From the NCBI RefSeq assembly GCF_009914755.1, contig NC_060930.1: DNA of 64,000 bases. One strand, written 5' to 3'. The stretch is from the human T2T-CHM13v2.0 reference genome, Homo sapiens. Under the pieces are notes generated by a model. That model did no database searches, was not told the DNA's origin, and worked only from the letters and a program-made list of their open reading frames with translations. A program made the translations under genes and the position numbers. Below are positions 1-27,058 of this stretch, piece after piece (the first letter of the stretch is position 1; each line of letters begins with the position of its first letter).

Positions 1-329
1 CATTTTTAATGGCTGCATAATATTCCATCAGAAGGATACAGCATGATTTACCTAAACATTTCTCTGTTGTTGGACAATTAGGTTATCTCCAGTTTTTTGT
101 TGGTTTAAATAATACTGAATGAGCATTTTTGTGTACAAAGCCTTTTATGTATTTAGGATTATTTCCTCAAGCAGACTATCCAAGGTAGAATTATGCGTTC
201 TAAATAATAAATATAGAGATAGGTATTTATTAGATATATTAAATTTCATATATTCTTAATATAAAAATGAAGTGAAAAATAGAATAACTTAACAGTGCTC
301 CTTGAATTTCTTTTAGGAGAGGAATTGTC

Positions 330-565
<236 letters not shown>

Positions 566-584
566 AAACTGTCTCTATTAGGAA

Positions 585-608
585 TGTTAACTTAAAAATC
601 ACAAATTT
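585..608 (-). mobile_element. Probable 3' terminus of the MER4-family LTR whose body is at 7877-8536
   Basis: Reverse complement AAATTTGTGATTTTTAAGTTAACA resembles the MER4D-type LTR 3' end as recalled. Confidence 0.5.
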
Positions 609-609
609 G

Positions 610-8536
<7,927 letters not shown>

Positions 8537-8807
8537 GGGGAAATAAGCCTATTAGGGGTAGACAGATCTGCAAAGCATGAGTGTTGGCAGGAACTTAAGC
8601 AACAAAGAGATACGGTTAAAATGTCGCTTTCTCTTTCTCCGTAGAAAGCCAGAGGAATTTGTGTTTTCTCCAGAGAGGGTGGGACAGAGGAGAGAATGGT
8701 GGGGCAGGAGGGAGAGTTAGTGATTTTGGAGGAGGCTAGAGGGTGCAGGGCCAGTTAGAAAACCTCAGCTGGGGGTGTGGAAAGGACTTCTAAAAACTTC
8801 TGAGGGG

Positions 8808-10087
8808 CCCCCTCCCCCTCCCCCGCTCCCTCTCCCCACGGTCTCCCTCTCTTTCCACGGTCTCCCTCTCATGCGGAGCCGAAGCTGGACTGTACTGCTG
8901 CCATCTCGGCTCACTGCAACCTCCCTGCCTGATTCTCCTGCCTCAGCCTGCCGAGTGCCTGCGATTGCAGGCACGCGTCGCCACGCCTGACTGGTTTTGG
9001 TGGAGACGGGGTTTCGCTGTGTTGGCCGGGCCGGTCTCCAGCCCCTAACCGCGAGTGATCCGCCAGCCTCGGCCTCCCGAGGTGCCGGGATTGCAGACGG
9101 AGTCTCGTTCACTCAGTGCTCAATGGTGCCCAGGCTGGAGTGCAGTGGCGTGATCTCGGCTCACTACAACCTACACCTCCCAGCCGCCTGCCTTGGCCTC
9201 CCAAAGTGCCGAGATTGCAGCCTCTGCCTGGCCGCCACCCCGTATGGGAAGTGAGGAGTGTCTCTGCCTGGCCGCCCATCGTCTGGGATGTGAGGAGCCC
9301 CTCTGCCTGGCTGCCCAGTCTGGAAAGTGAGGAGCGTCTCCGCCCGGCCGCCATCCCATCTAGGAAGTGAGGAGCGCCTCTTCCCGGCCGCCATCACATC
9401 TAGGAAGTGAGGAGCGTCTCTGCCCGGCCGCCCATCGTCTGAGATGTGGGGAGCGCCTCTGCCCCGCCGCCCCATCTGGGATATGAGGAGCGCCTCTGCC
9501 CGGCAGCGACCCCGTCTGGGAGGTGAAGAGCGTCTCTGCCCGGCCGCCCCGTCTGAGAAGTGAGGAGACCCTCTGCCTGGCAACCACCCCGTCTGAGAAG
9601 TGAGGAGCCCCTCCGCCCGGCAGCTGCCCCGTCTGAGAAGTGAGGAGCCTCTCCGCCCGGCAGCCACCCCATCTGGGAAGTGAGGAGCGTCTCCGCCCGG
9701 CAGCCACCCCGTCCGGGAGGGAGGTGGGGGGTCAGCCCCCCGCCCGGCCAGCCGCCCCGTCCGGGAGGGAGGTAGGGGGGTCAGCCCCCCACCCGGCCAG
9801 CCGCCCCGTCTGGGAGGTGAGGGGCGCCTCTGCCCGGCCGCCCCTACTGGGAAGTGAGGAGCCCCTCTGCCCGGCCACCACCCCGTCTGGGAGGTGTGCC
9901 CAACAGCTCATTGAGAACGGGCCAGGATGACAATGGCGACTTTGTGGAATAGAAAGGCGGGAAAGGTGGGGAAAAGATTGAGAAATCGGATGGTTGCCGT
10001 GTCTGTGTAGAAAGAAGTAGACATGGGAGACTTCTCATTTTGTTCTGCACTAAGAAAAATTCTTCTGCCTTGGGAAAAAAAAAAAAA
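8808..10087 (+). mobile_element. SVA (SVA_F-like), SINE-R truncated at its 3' end
   Basis: Short CCCTCT-like head, Alu-like domain, short VNTR, partial SINE-R and poly-A from 10075. The 16-bp TSD AAAAACTTCTGAGGGG is at 8792-8807 and 10088-10103. Confidence 0.95.
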
Positions 10088-10165
10088 AAAAACTTCTGAG
10101 GGGTGAGTTTAAACTGTTTGCCATGTATCATATGACCTCCCCCAGGGCCCAGAGTACCCTAATGT

Positions 10166-10942
<777 letters not shown>

Positions 10943-11467
10943 CATCGTCAGATGAAAGCCAACTTCTTCCACCAGATTGCCTCCCAGCTGCTAGGTAGTT
11001 TCCTGTGGTACATCTTAAGCGGTAGGTTGGGATAATAGGTCCCTTCCAGGTCTTAAAGATGTGGATTAATAAGAACAGAATTTTCTACAACAATAAGGAG
11101 GATGTCCCCTATTTTAGGTGAATAAGCGTATTGCATAAGCACATGGGAAGAAAGGTTAAGAACTCTAAGACCGTAAATTTCCAGTTGTAGAAGCCTCTTG
11201 AAGGCGGAAAGCCCTTTTTTGAAAATTATAGGCGATATGATCTCCTCCAGTGGACCTAGCACTGGGTTAAGAGTCTCTCCAGACTTGTCACTGCAAGTCA
11301 CGTACCTTTTCTAGGACTAAGTTTCTTCACTGGAAGATGAGGAGGTTGCACTAGATGACCTAGAAATTCCCTTCCAGCTTTAAATTCCCTCTTGTGTCAC
11401 TTGCTGGACTTGTTCTACTGGACCTGGCGCTCCCCTGCTCCTCCCTTAGCTGCTACGTCCGCATCCC

Positions 11468-11481
11468 GCACCAGAGGGCGC
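11468..11481 (+). promoter_or_regulatory. Candidate CTCF site
   Basis: GCACCAGAGGGCGC matches the CCASYAGRKGGCRS core at 13/14 positions, about 165 bp upstream of the TSS. Confidence 0.6.
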
Positions 11482-11565
11482 CACAGGCTGGCCCGGGGCA
11501 GCGTGCGGTGGGCGGAGAGGCAGAATTAGGGGAGTCTCCAGGAGGCGTGGTGATTGGCCGCCGCC

Positions 11566-11589
11566 GGGCGGAAGGGGGCGTGGGGAGGG
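11566..11589 (+). promoter_or_regulatory. G-quadruplex-forming motif in promoter
   Basis: GGG-CGGAA-GGGGG-CGT-GGGG-A-GGG has four G-runs with loops of 5 nt or less. Confidence 0.6.
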
Positions 11590-11639
11590 AAAGGCCGAGC
11601 AGCGCGGTGACGTCTCGCTGGCGGGGGCGGGGCCGGGCC

Positions 11640-11763
11640 GCGGAGCGTGTGACGCTGCGGCCGCCGCGGACCTGGGGATTAATGGGAAAAGTTTTGGCAG
11701 GAGCGGGAGAATTCTGCGGAGCCTGCGGGACGGCGGCGGTGGCGCCGTAGGCAGCCGGGACAG
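11640..11763 (+). other. PPARD: PPARD exon 1 (5' UTR, non-coding)
   Basis: GCGGAGCGTGTGACGCTGCGGCCGCC...GGCAGCCGGGACAG matches the PPARD mRNA 5' end as I recall it. It ends at the donor CAG|GTCAGT and lies in a CpG island. The TSS position is approximate. Confidence 0.93.
11682..11750 (+). other. uORF in exon 1, 22 aa (MGKVLAGAGEFCGACGTAAVAP*)
   Basis: ATG at 11682 in frame with TAG at 11748-11750, entirely within exon 1. Confidence 0.7.
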
Positions 11764-12039
11764 GTCAGTCCGAGACGAGAGAAGCGGTCAGGCAAGTGGC
11801 GGAGGGAAGCGCCGGGCCTGGGCCGAGGCGGCCAGCGGGACTGGGGCGCAAGGCCCGGCGGCGGGGAACGGGGTGCGGGGAGCTGCCGGGGTCCGCGGAC
11901 AGCGTCACGGCGGCTTCCTGATGCTCCGGCCCGCTCCGGTCAGCCGTCGTGCGTTGCCATGTAGGCGCCCCGCTGACCCTGCGCCCCCCCGCCCTTGGAC
12001 CCCCATAGCTGCTTGAGTGAGTCCGAAATACGGGCCTCC

Positions 12040-12590
12040 TTCCACCCTACTCTTTGCCCCCTCTTGGGCCTGGTGGCTTCGTCTTCTCCCACTTGTGAGA
12101 ACCCCGTCTCAGGCCCGGGGGCCTCTCCCATTCCCCTCCCCTGCCTCTGACCTCTTCCTTCACCCGTTTCTGGTGTTCCTGAATCCACTGCCCTATCTAG
12201 CGAGAGTCTTCTCTGGGATCTTTTCCTCTGTCCCCCTCGTTATCCTTGTCTCCTGCCTTCATCCTCCCATCCTTGCTCTCTCAGGCTTTACTCTCTCTCC
12301 CCATCCCTGTCCCCTTCTTATCTGTGGTCTGATCCCTCCTAGTATTATGGGTCCCCATCCTCTTCCCCAGGGTGTTCCTAGGCTTTTTCCAACTCCGTGC
12401 CTGCAGTCCCTGTCTCCCTAAGACTCTCACCTTGGTTCCCTGAGAGGCCCTGTTTTTGCTCCTTTTTCCGATTTCCTTCGTATCAATTCTGTCCCCTACA
12501 TTCCTGTCGCCCACCTCCTTTTCTCTCCCTGTTCCTTTCCCCTGCTTCAGGGAGAAGCCTTAGCTCCACACTCTACTCTACTTTCACTTG
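12040..12590 (+). repeat. Pyrimidine-rich low-complexity tract in intron 1
   Basis: Strongly C/T-biased + strand over about 550 bp. Confidence 0.6.
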
Positions 12591-14305
12591 ACCTGCAGTT
12601 GACATAACCATGGGGTGGGGGTGGAGGTGTTCAGACCTTGATCGAATTAAGAGGCTGATTGACTAAAGGAAATAACAGATTGTGTGGGAGAATGTACGTG
12701 GGTGTTGCATCAGAGATGATGTCCAATTTGTAGGCCATTCTTCTTATCTCAGCTTTAATACTTCCCCTTTATGGGGCTGTTGACTTCCAGGAACCCTTGG
12801 GGGAGACGGCGCTGAGCTGGATGTGTGCCACGGGTAGCCGGAGGCTTTGTCCAATTCTTTTCCCCTTCCAGGAACCGGGGTTTTGTGTCTTTCCACTCTG
12901 GATGTGTGGAATACACTTATACCATGATACCCCAGCCTCTCTCTGCCCTCACTCCCACCCTCCACCCTGTGCTCCATCCGAAAGGACTAAGAGAATTCTC
13001 CAGAAGCTGTGCTCCAGAAAATACTTGTGGTCCTCAACCTTTTTTCTGTGTACTGGCTCCAGAACTTTTTTTTTTCCCGTTTGAGTTTTGAAATAGATTG
13101 CTGGCCTGATAGCCCTGGGGCTGGCGGGCATCTGTCCCCTTTTATTATTGGTGGCTTGAAACAGCTGCTGATTTTCTCTCATATCTCTTTGACAATCTTT
13201 GGCCAACTGAATGTGCCTCTGATGTTGGTCACTGAACATGTTCTCTTGGAGTCTCTTCTCCCTCTTTTTTCTTTGTTCTTTTCTGAATCTAGGGAATCCA
13301 AATTGTCCCTCTTTTTCCCTGGGAGCTTAATTTCCTCTGTATCCAGGAGGAACGGCAATCCCAGAGCTCTGTTCCCTTTGCCCAGGCATAGTATGAGGTA
13401 TCAGATTGATAACTACCCTGGTGGGCTGTGGGGCTGCAGTAGTTAGACCTTGTCAGGAACTTGAGCAGACACATCTGCTTCCAGTCACATAGATCATCTT
13501 CTCTGGGGCTTGAGAGCCCACCACCTTCCATGTGTGTCTGGATGTTTAACCTTACCAAGCAGAAGATTCTCGTCATATCCTTCAGTTTGAGCTCCTTTAT
13601 TTGGCGTTGGTTCTCTAAAGAAGTATTCAAGAAATAACATATCCTTTGTTTCTACCCAGTCTGATCTTGGAGGATTCTGAAAGCGTGACCCACTCTCATG
13701 TTTAGAAATGAAGGCTCATTGTTTCACCTGGCCCCAGGTTTCTAGGGGCTCCTCTTTTGATGATTGTGCTGTCTTTGAGCCAGATTGGACATGGGAGTTG
13801 GCAACCTTTAGGAGCTGCGGTGGAGAGCCAAAGGAACCAGCTTGACCAGACTTTAAAGTTTTGTAATCCTCTTGTACACTGTTTTCTGTGAAAGCAATAG
13901 GATTGTGGATGGCCTGTTGTTGAGCCAGTCCCTTCTCCACTGACCCCCAGACCCCCTTTGCAGCACTTGCAAAGATTTGGGTAGACTGGACCAGAGGGTT
14001 TTCCTTGTTCCTGTGAATAGCATCTCTCCAGGGTTTTAGTGGATCATTCTAAAGAGGTAGAGGTCAAGTGTTGGACAGATTTTTAGTCTAGTCTCTGGCT
14101 TTCAAGGACTCCTCCTTACTCTTTTGAGCAGTTTGTTACTTCTGGCCGTGCTTACCCCTTAGTAGTGCTCTCTGCTGTGGTGGCAGGTGAGAGATTTGAG
14201 AACAGGTCAAGGCCAGTCCTTGTGGAGCAGCTTGGGCACCAGCAGCCCTAGATGGATAGCTTCTTGCAGTTTGTCCACTCTCATTTTCTGAGAAGGTAGT
14301 CATGA

Positions 14306-14636
<331 letters not shown>

Positions 14637-14787
14637 CTGACTGCTCGTTCAGGTGCCTTTCTCCTTGCCTCTTCACCATGGCCTTCTTGTGTGATATATG
14701 CCTTAACCCATTCAGGAAGAATTGCTCCTACTCAGCCTTTCAACCCGACCTGTGGTCCCTTAGACGCCTTCCCTTAGGGCCTGGTAA

Positions 14788-15260
<473 letters not shown>

Positions 15261-16148
15261 TGGACCTGTCACTTCTAAGGGCTTCAGCTATATCCTGTCC
15301 CTGAGGCCCACCTCCCTGAGTGCTCTCTGCAGGCTGGGAAGCTGAACAGTGGTGCCTTGCTCCAGTGCCTCTGAAGGGCTTGGAAATTGCAGGACACAGC
15401 TTTACTGCTCAGCATTGCCCACACTGGAAACATTCTCTTCCTCCCTACCCAGGTCTCTGTGGGCTTTGTCCGTTCTGCCAGGCCCTTGCTTATATGATGT
15501 CAGAAGCCCTGTGCCCGGTGCCATTGTCAATGCCATGTCCCAGATTACCTAATGGCTGCTTCTTGGAGATGGTTTGGTGTCCATGCACATTTTTCTCTGC
15601 CGTTGGAGCCAGGGTGAGGAGCTGCTTGCAACAGCTGGATTCCAGGGTGTCAGAGGAGCCCTTGGAGCTTGCCTTGAGCCTGGCAGGGAGAACATGGCCC
15701 CTTGCATCAGGTTTCAGACATATGGGTCTTCTTCCTTGGCAGATGGCTCCTAGCCTTCATAACTCAGCAGGCTGGTGATTGGCATGTGACTCCAGTTCAT
15801 TCTGCAGGGGCTTTGGTGAAGGCATCAACTATGACTCAGGACATCTTCATTTATGAGCTTCTACCCAGCTCCCTTCTTACCTTGCCTGCGCCTTCTGCGC
15901 CGACCTGATAAAATCAGCAAAGCCAGTGTCTGCTTACTTGGGAGTGAGCAGACTCCTTCCAGGATTGGGGAAATATTTGCTGACTCAGGCTCAGAATCAC
16001 ATCTCAGGGTGGTGTGTAAGGGACCGACGAGGAGCCAGATTACCTTAGGAACACTCTTTGAGTTACGGTGGGTATAACTTATTAGAGTTGCTTTGAGGGC
16101 CCCTGGCACCTGTCAGCTAAAGCTGTTGGGGTTTTTTCTATCCTGCAG

Positions 16149-16232
16149 TGTTGTACAGTGTTTTGGGCATGCACGTGATACTCACACAGTGGCTTCTGCT
16201 CACCAACAGATGAAGACAGATGCACCAACGAG
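16149..16232 (+). other. PPARD: PPARD exon 2 (5' UTR, non-coding, 84 bp)
   Basis: Acceptor ttttttctatcctgcag|TGTTGTACAG and donor ACGAG|gtaatc. The sequence continues the recalled PPARD mRNA directly after exon 1. Confidence 0.93.
16169..16213 (+). other. uORF in exon 2, 14 aa (MHVILTQWLLLTNR*), overlapping a further uATG at 16210
   Basis: ATG at 16169 and TGA at 16211-16213. Additional uATGs at 16210 and 16220 run off the end of the exon. Confidence 0.7.
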
Positions 16233-16686
16233 GTAATCCCATTTTCTTTACTCAGGGGTCTCTGACCACCACTGACACAGGATCCAGATTTAAGATCCTG
16301 ACCTTGAAGATGAAATAATTTCACTAGGGCTTATTCCCAGATTCCAGGTTCCTGTCACAGCATCTGGTACCAGTTGCTTATGCATAGTATAGGCATTTAT
16401 TAAGTAATTATTGAAAGTCTATGGCTTACATAGTTTTTTCAGGAGCATGGAGATTCCCACCTTTGCGCCCATTAAAAGATAAACTCCACAGGGCAGGGAG
16501 TTGTTTTGCTGCCTGTTGTGTCTAGGATAGTGCCTGGCACAGAGGAGATAATGAATAAATTTTTGTTGAATGAGTAAATGAACGAACTTTCGTCTTTGCC
16601 TATATGGGTACCTAGGGTGCCAGGCCACAAAGATGGTGTCCATCATTCTCTCTTATTAGGGGGCAAATATATATATATATATATAT

Positions 16687-17289
<603 letters not shown>

Positions 17290-18089
17290 GGGAACAAATA
17301 TTTTTAAGTGCCAACTATGTGCCAGGCACTTGGGAAATGATAATAGTAAAAAACAGATCCAATCTCTGCCTCATGGGTCTGTGGTTTGCTGGTATATATG
17401 AGAGCTGGCCATAACACACAGAATTGTTTCTTCCATCTCTGCAGGGGTAGGAGGTTCTCACCAAGAGTCTGAACAATGCTCTGGGTTCCCATTGCTGTTT
17501 CCATGTTCTCAGGATGCCTGGCAGGTTTTATAAACTCTCAGAAGTGGAGCTCCAGGGAATACAATGTTCATTGTCCTATTTGGAAGGCTGGGTTGTTGTG
17601 GGTCCCTGCTGGGGGCCGGGGAAACGTGGGCCTCCTGCCTGATTTGTTTTAATCTCTGAAGTTCAGTGGTTCCAGTAGCTGTTTGTGGGCTTCACTTCCC
17701 CTTCTCTGCCTTTAACACCCTGCAGGTTTTCCTGTTGTCAGACAGGGTGGTGAGTCCCTGTGTCTCTCTGTCTGTGGGGGTCAGGTTGTTTGTAGATCTT
17801 TCAGGAAGGTCCTGGGTGGGGGGCCCTCCTGCTTTCAAACCCATACCAAGTGCTTTCCTCTGAAGGGAATGTGAGGGAGGAAGAAGGGGGGAGTTTCAGA
17901 GACTTCTGAGGTTCCCCAAGAGGGAAGAGGTCAAAGTACCTCCTGAGCGGGGAGAGCTACTGAGTTGAACTGATTTGCTTTGCCATTTGCTTTAGCAGCA
18001 GCCAGGCCCAGTGGCAGCAATTGTACGTGCATTTCCAGGGGTCAGTTGTCCAGTTCATCCCTGAGCCTTGAGCTCCCAGTCGCAGGTAG

Positions 18090-18406
<317 letters not shown>

Positions 18407-18449
18407 TCTTCTTTCTTTCTTGATTGGGTACTGCTATATCACCTAGGAC

Positions 18450-18671
18450 CAGGGGTGTGTCCAATCTTTTGGCATCCCTGGGCCACATTGGAAGAAGAAT
18501 TATTATCTTGGGCTATACATAAAATACACTAACACTAACAATAGTGATGAGCTAAAAATAAAAATGGCAAAAGAATCTCATGTTTTAATAAAGTTTACGT
18601 ATTTGCGTTGGGATGCATTCAGAGCTCTCCTGGGCTGCATGCAGTCATGGGCCATGGGTTGGATAAGCTTG
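18450..18671 (+). mobile_element. MER30 (hAT-Charlie MITE)
   Basis: CAGGGGTG…TCCAATCTTTTGGC…CCCTGGGCCACATTGGAAGAAGAATT…GGTTGGATAAGCTTG. Confidence 0.8.
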
Positions 18672-18811
18672 GCCTCCCTAGGCAGTCCTCTCACCACAGC
18701 CTCCCAAGTAGCTGGGACTACAGGTGCACACCACTGTGCCTGGCTAAGTTTTTTTTTTGTTTGTTTTTGTTTTTTTTTAATTTAATGGGTACATAGTAGT
18801 AGGTGTATATT

Positions 18812-21643
<2,832 letters not shown>

Positions 21644-21644
21644 A

Positions 21645-22105
21645 TTGGCATTTTATTGTCTTTCATGGTTCTGTGGATTAACTGGGCCCAGCTGGGTGGT
21701 TCTTGCTTGGGATATGTCATGTTGCTATAGTCAAATGAAGACGGGGCAGGTGTCATCTGAAGGCTCAGCTGGGCTGGGTGTCCACGCTGGCTTAGGCACA
21801 TGGGTGGCACTTGATGCTGTTGAATGGAGTGCGTATACATGACCTCTCTATGTGCCTTGGGCTTCTCATAGCATGAGAGCTGGGTTCTGAGCAGAAGCAT
21901 TCCCAAAATGAATGTATTGAGAGATTCAGAAAGAAATGTCAATGTTTCTCATGTCCTAGCCTTGGAAGTTACACAGTGCCACTTCCTCTATTCCCTTGGT
22001 CTCAGGACCAGTTCAGATTCAAGGAGAGGACTACACAAGGGTGTGAATACTAAGAGGCGTGATTCACTGAGGAGAGAAACAGGCCTCCTTGGAGACCAGC
22101 TACTA
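21645..22105 (-). mobile_element. MLT1-type MaLR LTR (old)
   Basis: CATTTTATT…CATGGTTCTGTGG…CAGCTGGGTGGTTCTT…GGTGTGAATAC…AGAGGCGTGATTCACTG. Confidence 0.6.
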
Positions 22106-23028
22106 CTTTTCAGCATCCTTATGTGAGGTAATGTGGTCTTGATACTTCCAAGAGAAAAGCACATCTTCTCATGATTTTCATTCCTGGAAGCTACTGTTAG
22201 TTAGGAAATTCCTAATAGGTTGATGGAGGACATTGAATGCTAGGTGAAGGAATTTGTACTCTGTTCTTTGGGCAATGGGGGAGCCATCAGTGGTTTTGGA
22301 GCAAGGAGTGGTGGTGTTAATATTGCAAAAAGGTAGATTAGGAATGGAGATAGAGAGGATAGGTAGGGGACTGCAGTGGTCTAAATGTAAGGAAATTCTT
22401 CTTCACATTAAATCTGAGTTCCTCTGGTTGCAATTTAAGTGTATTGATTTTGATATTTCAGCCACACAGATTAAGCACCCAGAGCCAGGGTGGAATAACC
22501 CATCCCTACCCCATATCCATTTAGGGCTGTTGATGCACAGGAGAGATTAAGAGTTCACAAACTTTAGAAGGCAACTAAATTTAGGTTTTATTGTCAAAGC
22601 ACATAAAAAGTTAAGCATAAATTATTCAAAAATAAAAAGCAAGAAAGGTGAAACTTCATTTAACACCACTAACCATGTTTCAAATACGCTTCAGTTTCAG
22701 TATTATAGAAGCAAGGAGTGGAGCCAGAGGAAGGAATGGGGAGGACAAATTAGAGAATGGTAGGAAGAGGGACAAAAGTAGGGGAAGAAAGGAGTCAGGA
22801 GGGGCACACAGCAGAAAGAATTTGAAGGAGGTCAGATTGGAGCAACTACTTGAAGCTGAGAGAAGGCTCCGTATGGGGCTAACATGTTAGCAAAGAGCTG
22901 GTGCCTTCTGTGTTTCCCTGAGGCACTGGCTTCTGGGTTTTAGCATCTGGTATCCTCACCCTTTCTTTAATACAGACAGTCCCCAACTTATGATGGTTCA
23001 ACTTTACAGTGATGTAAAAGCCATACAC

Positions 23029-23367
<339 letters not shown>

Positions 23368-23381
23368 TCATACAACCATTC

Positions 23382-23675
23382 TTTTTTTTTTTTTTTTGAG
23401 ATGGCGTCTCACTCTTGCCCAGGCTGCAGTGCAGTGGTGTGATCTCGGCTCACAGCAACCTCTGCCTCCCGGGTTAAAGTGATTCTCCTGCCTCAGCCTC
23501 CTGAGTAGCTGGGATTATAGGCGACTGCCACCAGGCCTGGCTAATTTTTGAATTTTTAGTAGAGATAGGATTTCACAATGTTGGCCAGGCTGGTTTCTAA
23601 CTCCTGACCAGGTGACCTGCCCACCTCGGCCTCCCAAAGTGCTGGAATTACAGGCATGAGCCACCGTGCCCCGGT
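23382..23675 (-). mobile_element. AluS
   Basis: Full reverse Alu. Confidence 0.92.
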
Positions 23676-24288
23676 TCTCATACGACCATTCTGTTTTTTC
23701 ACTTTCAGTACAGTATTCAATTACATGAGATATTCAAAATTGTAACATAAGCTCTGTGTTAGATGATGTTGCCCGTAGGCTCATGGAAATGTTCTGGCAC
23801 ATTTGCAGTAGGCTATGCTAAGTAAGTTATGGTGTTCGGCAGGTTACATATATTACATGCGTTTTTGACTTGTGACGTTTTCAACATATGATGGGTTTGT
23901 CCTTATAAGTTGAGGAACATTTGTAGCCATTTCATCGTCTGTGAAGAGGCCTGAGTGGATTTTGTGCTGGAGACCGGTGTGACTCAGCTCCAGTGTTGAC
24001 TGACCTTCTAACCATGGGCTTGTGACTGAATGTCCTGAGCCTTCATTTTCTTCCCTGTGAGGATTAAAATGAACCTCAGGAAATGCTGGCTTGTCCTCTT
24101 TCTGTCAAGCTGGGTTCTGAGGGGGTGAGCCCAGGTAGGAGTGACTTCTGAACCAGCCCAGATTTACAGGCTTGGGCATAGGGAGCCCAGCCTCAGCCTG
24201 GGAGCCTCATCTTCCATTAAATAGCTCCTGGCATTCAGGGGAGTGCGTTGCAGCACCCCATTTTTTTTTCATTGAAGTCCTGTCTTCC

Positions 24289-24989
<701 letters not shown>

Positions 24990-25631
24990 CTTTCTTATAT
25001 AATTTTTTTTTTTAATCGGGCAGCCCTCAGAATCACAGCAGATTCAGAAAGACTCCCCAGAAAAGTTCTTTCACTCCTAACTTCTACCCAGCCTCATGGT
25101 CACCTCAGCAGCTCTCCTGAGACCGTTACTAAGTTCTCCACAGCTAATGGTAACTCAGCTTGGAAAGAGTTCTCTTGTAGGAGGATGCTGAAGGGAGGTT
25201 GCCAAGTGGTGTGGGAAACTGCTTCATGCTTAAGTTCACTTCCATATCATGATACTAAAAGGTATCTAACAGCTGATTTTCATTGCTTTCATTTGTGATC
25301 TGCTAGGACCACTTGATCCTTATCACTGCTTTTGGCACACTCCTCATCCAAGAGTTGATCGCAGAGGCAGAGTTCCTTGCCACCAGTCCAGTGGAAGTAC
25401 AAGCCAACTTTGCTCTCCAAATGGCAGCAGTAGCTGAGCAGGCCGCCCTGCATTCTCTCCTCATAAACATGCTGTTCTCAAGTTTGTCAGAATCCAGAGC
25501 TCTCTACTCATTACCCCCTTTTCCAAACAAGCAAGCAAAGCATGCTCTTCCTTTGTTTCCCTTAATTGCCTAAAACATCTCCATGCTCATAGCTGTTGAC
25601 TCTCTTTGCCTCCTAGTTCCTGTTCCTCTGG

Positions 25632-25852
25632 TGTAGGATTTCTCAGCCCTAGCACTGTAAACATGTTGGGCTGGATAATCATCTCTTGTATGGGCTGTTT
25701 GTGCATTGTAGGATGTTGAGCAGCATCCCTGGCTTCTACACACTAAGTGCCAGTGACACTCTTCTCCCCTCCCCAGCTGTAAAACCCAAATGTCTGCGGA
25801 CATTGCCAAATGTCTCCTAGGGGGCAAAATCACCCCTGGTTGAGAGTCACTG
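25632..25852 (+). mobile_element. MER20 (hAT)
   Basis: …TGTGCATTGTAGGATGTTGAGCAGCATCCCTGGC…GACATTGCCAAATGTC…GGGGGCAAAATCACCCCTGGTTGAGAGTCACTG. Confidence 0.85.
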
Positions 25853-26470
25853 CTCTATCATTTATTCACTAAATACTGCTGGTCAGCTGGGTCCACTGGC
25901 GAACCTCACATCAATAAACCTGGTAATAGAAGCATATTGTTCTTACATTAGAAGTTTACTCTCTTCAGTTATCTCACTGGGCCCTTGAGGGCTTTGGGGA
26001 GGAGTGATGGGAAATGGTTTACAATTAACAGCATATTCCAATGAAGAAAGAAAGCATATGATGTCTGCACAACAGAGGAGAGTGTCCACAATGTACAGCT
26101 CTTCCCTGGAGCAGTTATGTTTCTCAGGGTGTGCTTTTCCAAGTCATTTTGTGTCTGGTTAGAAGCCACCTTCCCTTAGCATCCAGAGGTGCCATGTAGA
26201 CTAGGGTTGGTCACAGTGTGTAGATTGCCATTGACCTGCCCATTCCTAGTGTTTGACCTGGTGGTCATGGCACTCTGACCACATCAGTTTTCCTCTCCAA
26301 GCCCAGATGGGTTCTCAGAACCCTCCACCCCAAGCTGCACTCATGAGAGGCGGCACTTCTGCCATCCTGATCTAGAGCTTGTTCATGTGGTCCAGACCAT
26401 TTCTTTGCAGCCCCCTCTCCTGTGTAAAAGCCTTTAGGAAAGTGCAGAGATCCTGATGGATTCCCCTTGA

Positions 26471-26990
<520 letters not shown>

Positions 26991-27058
26991 TGACACTTCT
27001 TTCATGTGGACCAGGGATCTGAACTGTGTTTCTTCCAAACTTTTGGAGCTTGCTTCCT

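Larger units (their letters stand above)
11425..12035. promoter_or_regulatory. PPARD: CpG-island, TATA-less promoter of PPARD
   Basis: Very high GC and CpG density. GC boxes (GGGCGG, GGGGCGGGGC), reverse CCAAT (ATTGG ~11553) and CRE-like TGACGTCT (11608-11615) lie just upstream of exon 1. Confidence 0.92.

Noticed and set aside
11394-11750. 118-aa ORF across the promoter
   Set aside because: It starts at a non-ATG codon upstream of the TSS in a stop-poor CpG island. Only the part from ATG 11682 is plausible, as a uORF.
25313-25573. 86-aa ORF with protein-like composition
   Set aside because: Non-ATG start, no recognisable homology, and no splice or retrocopy hallmarks.
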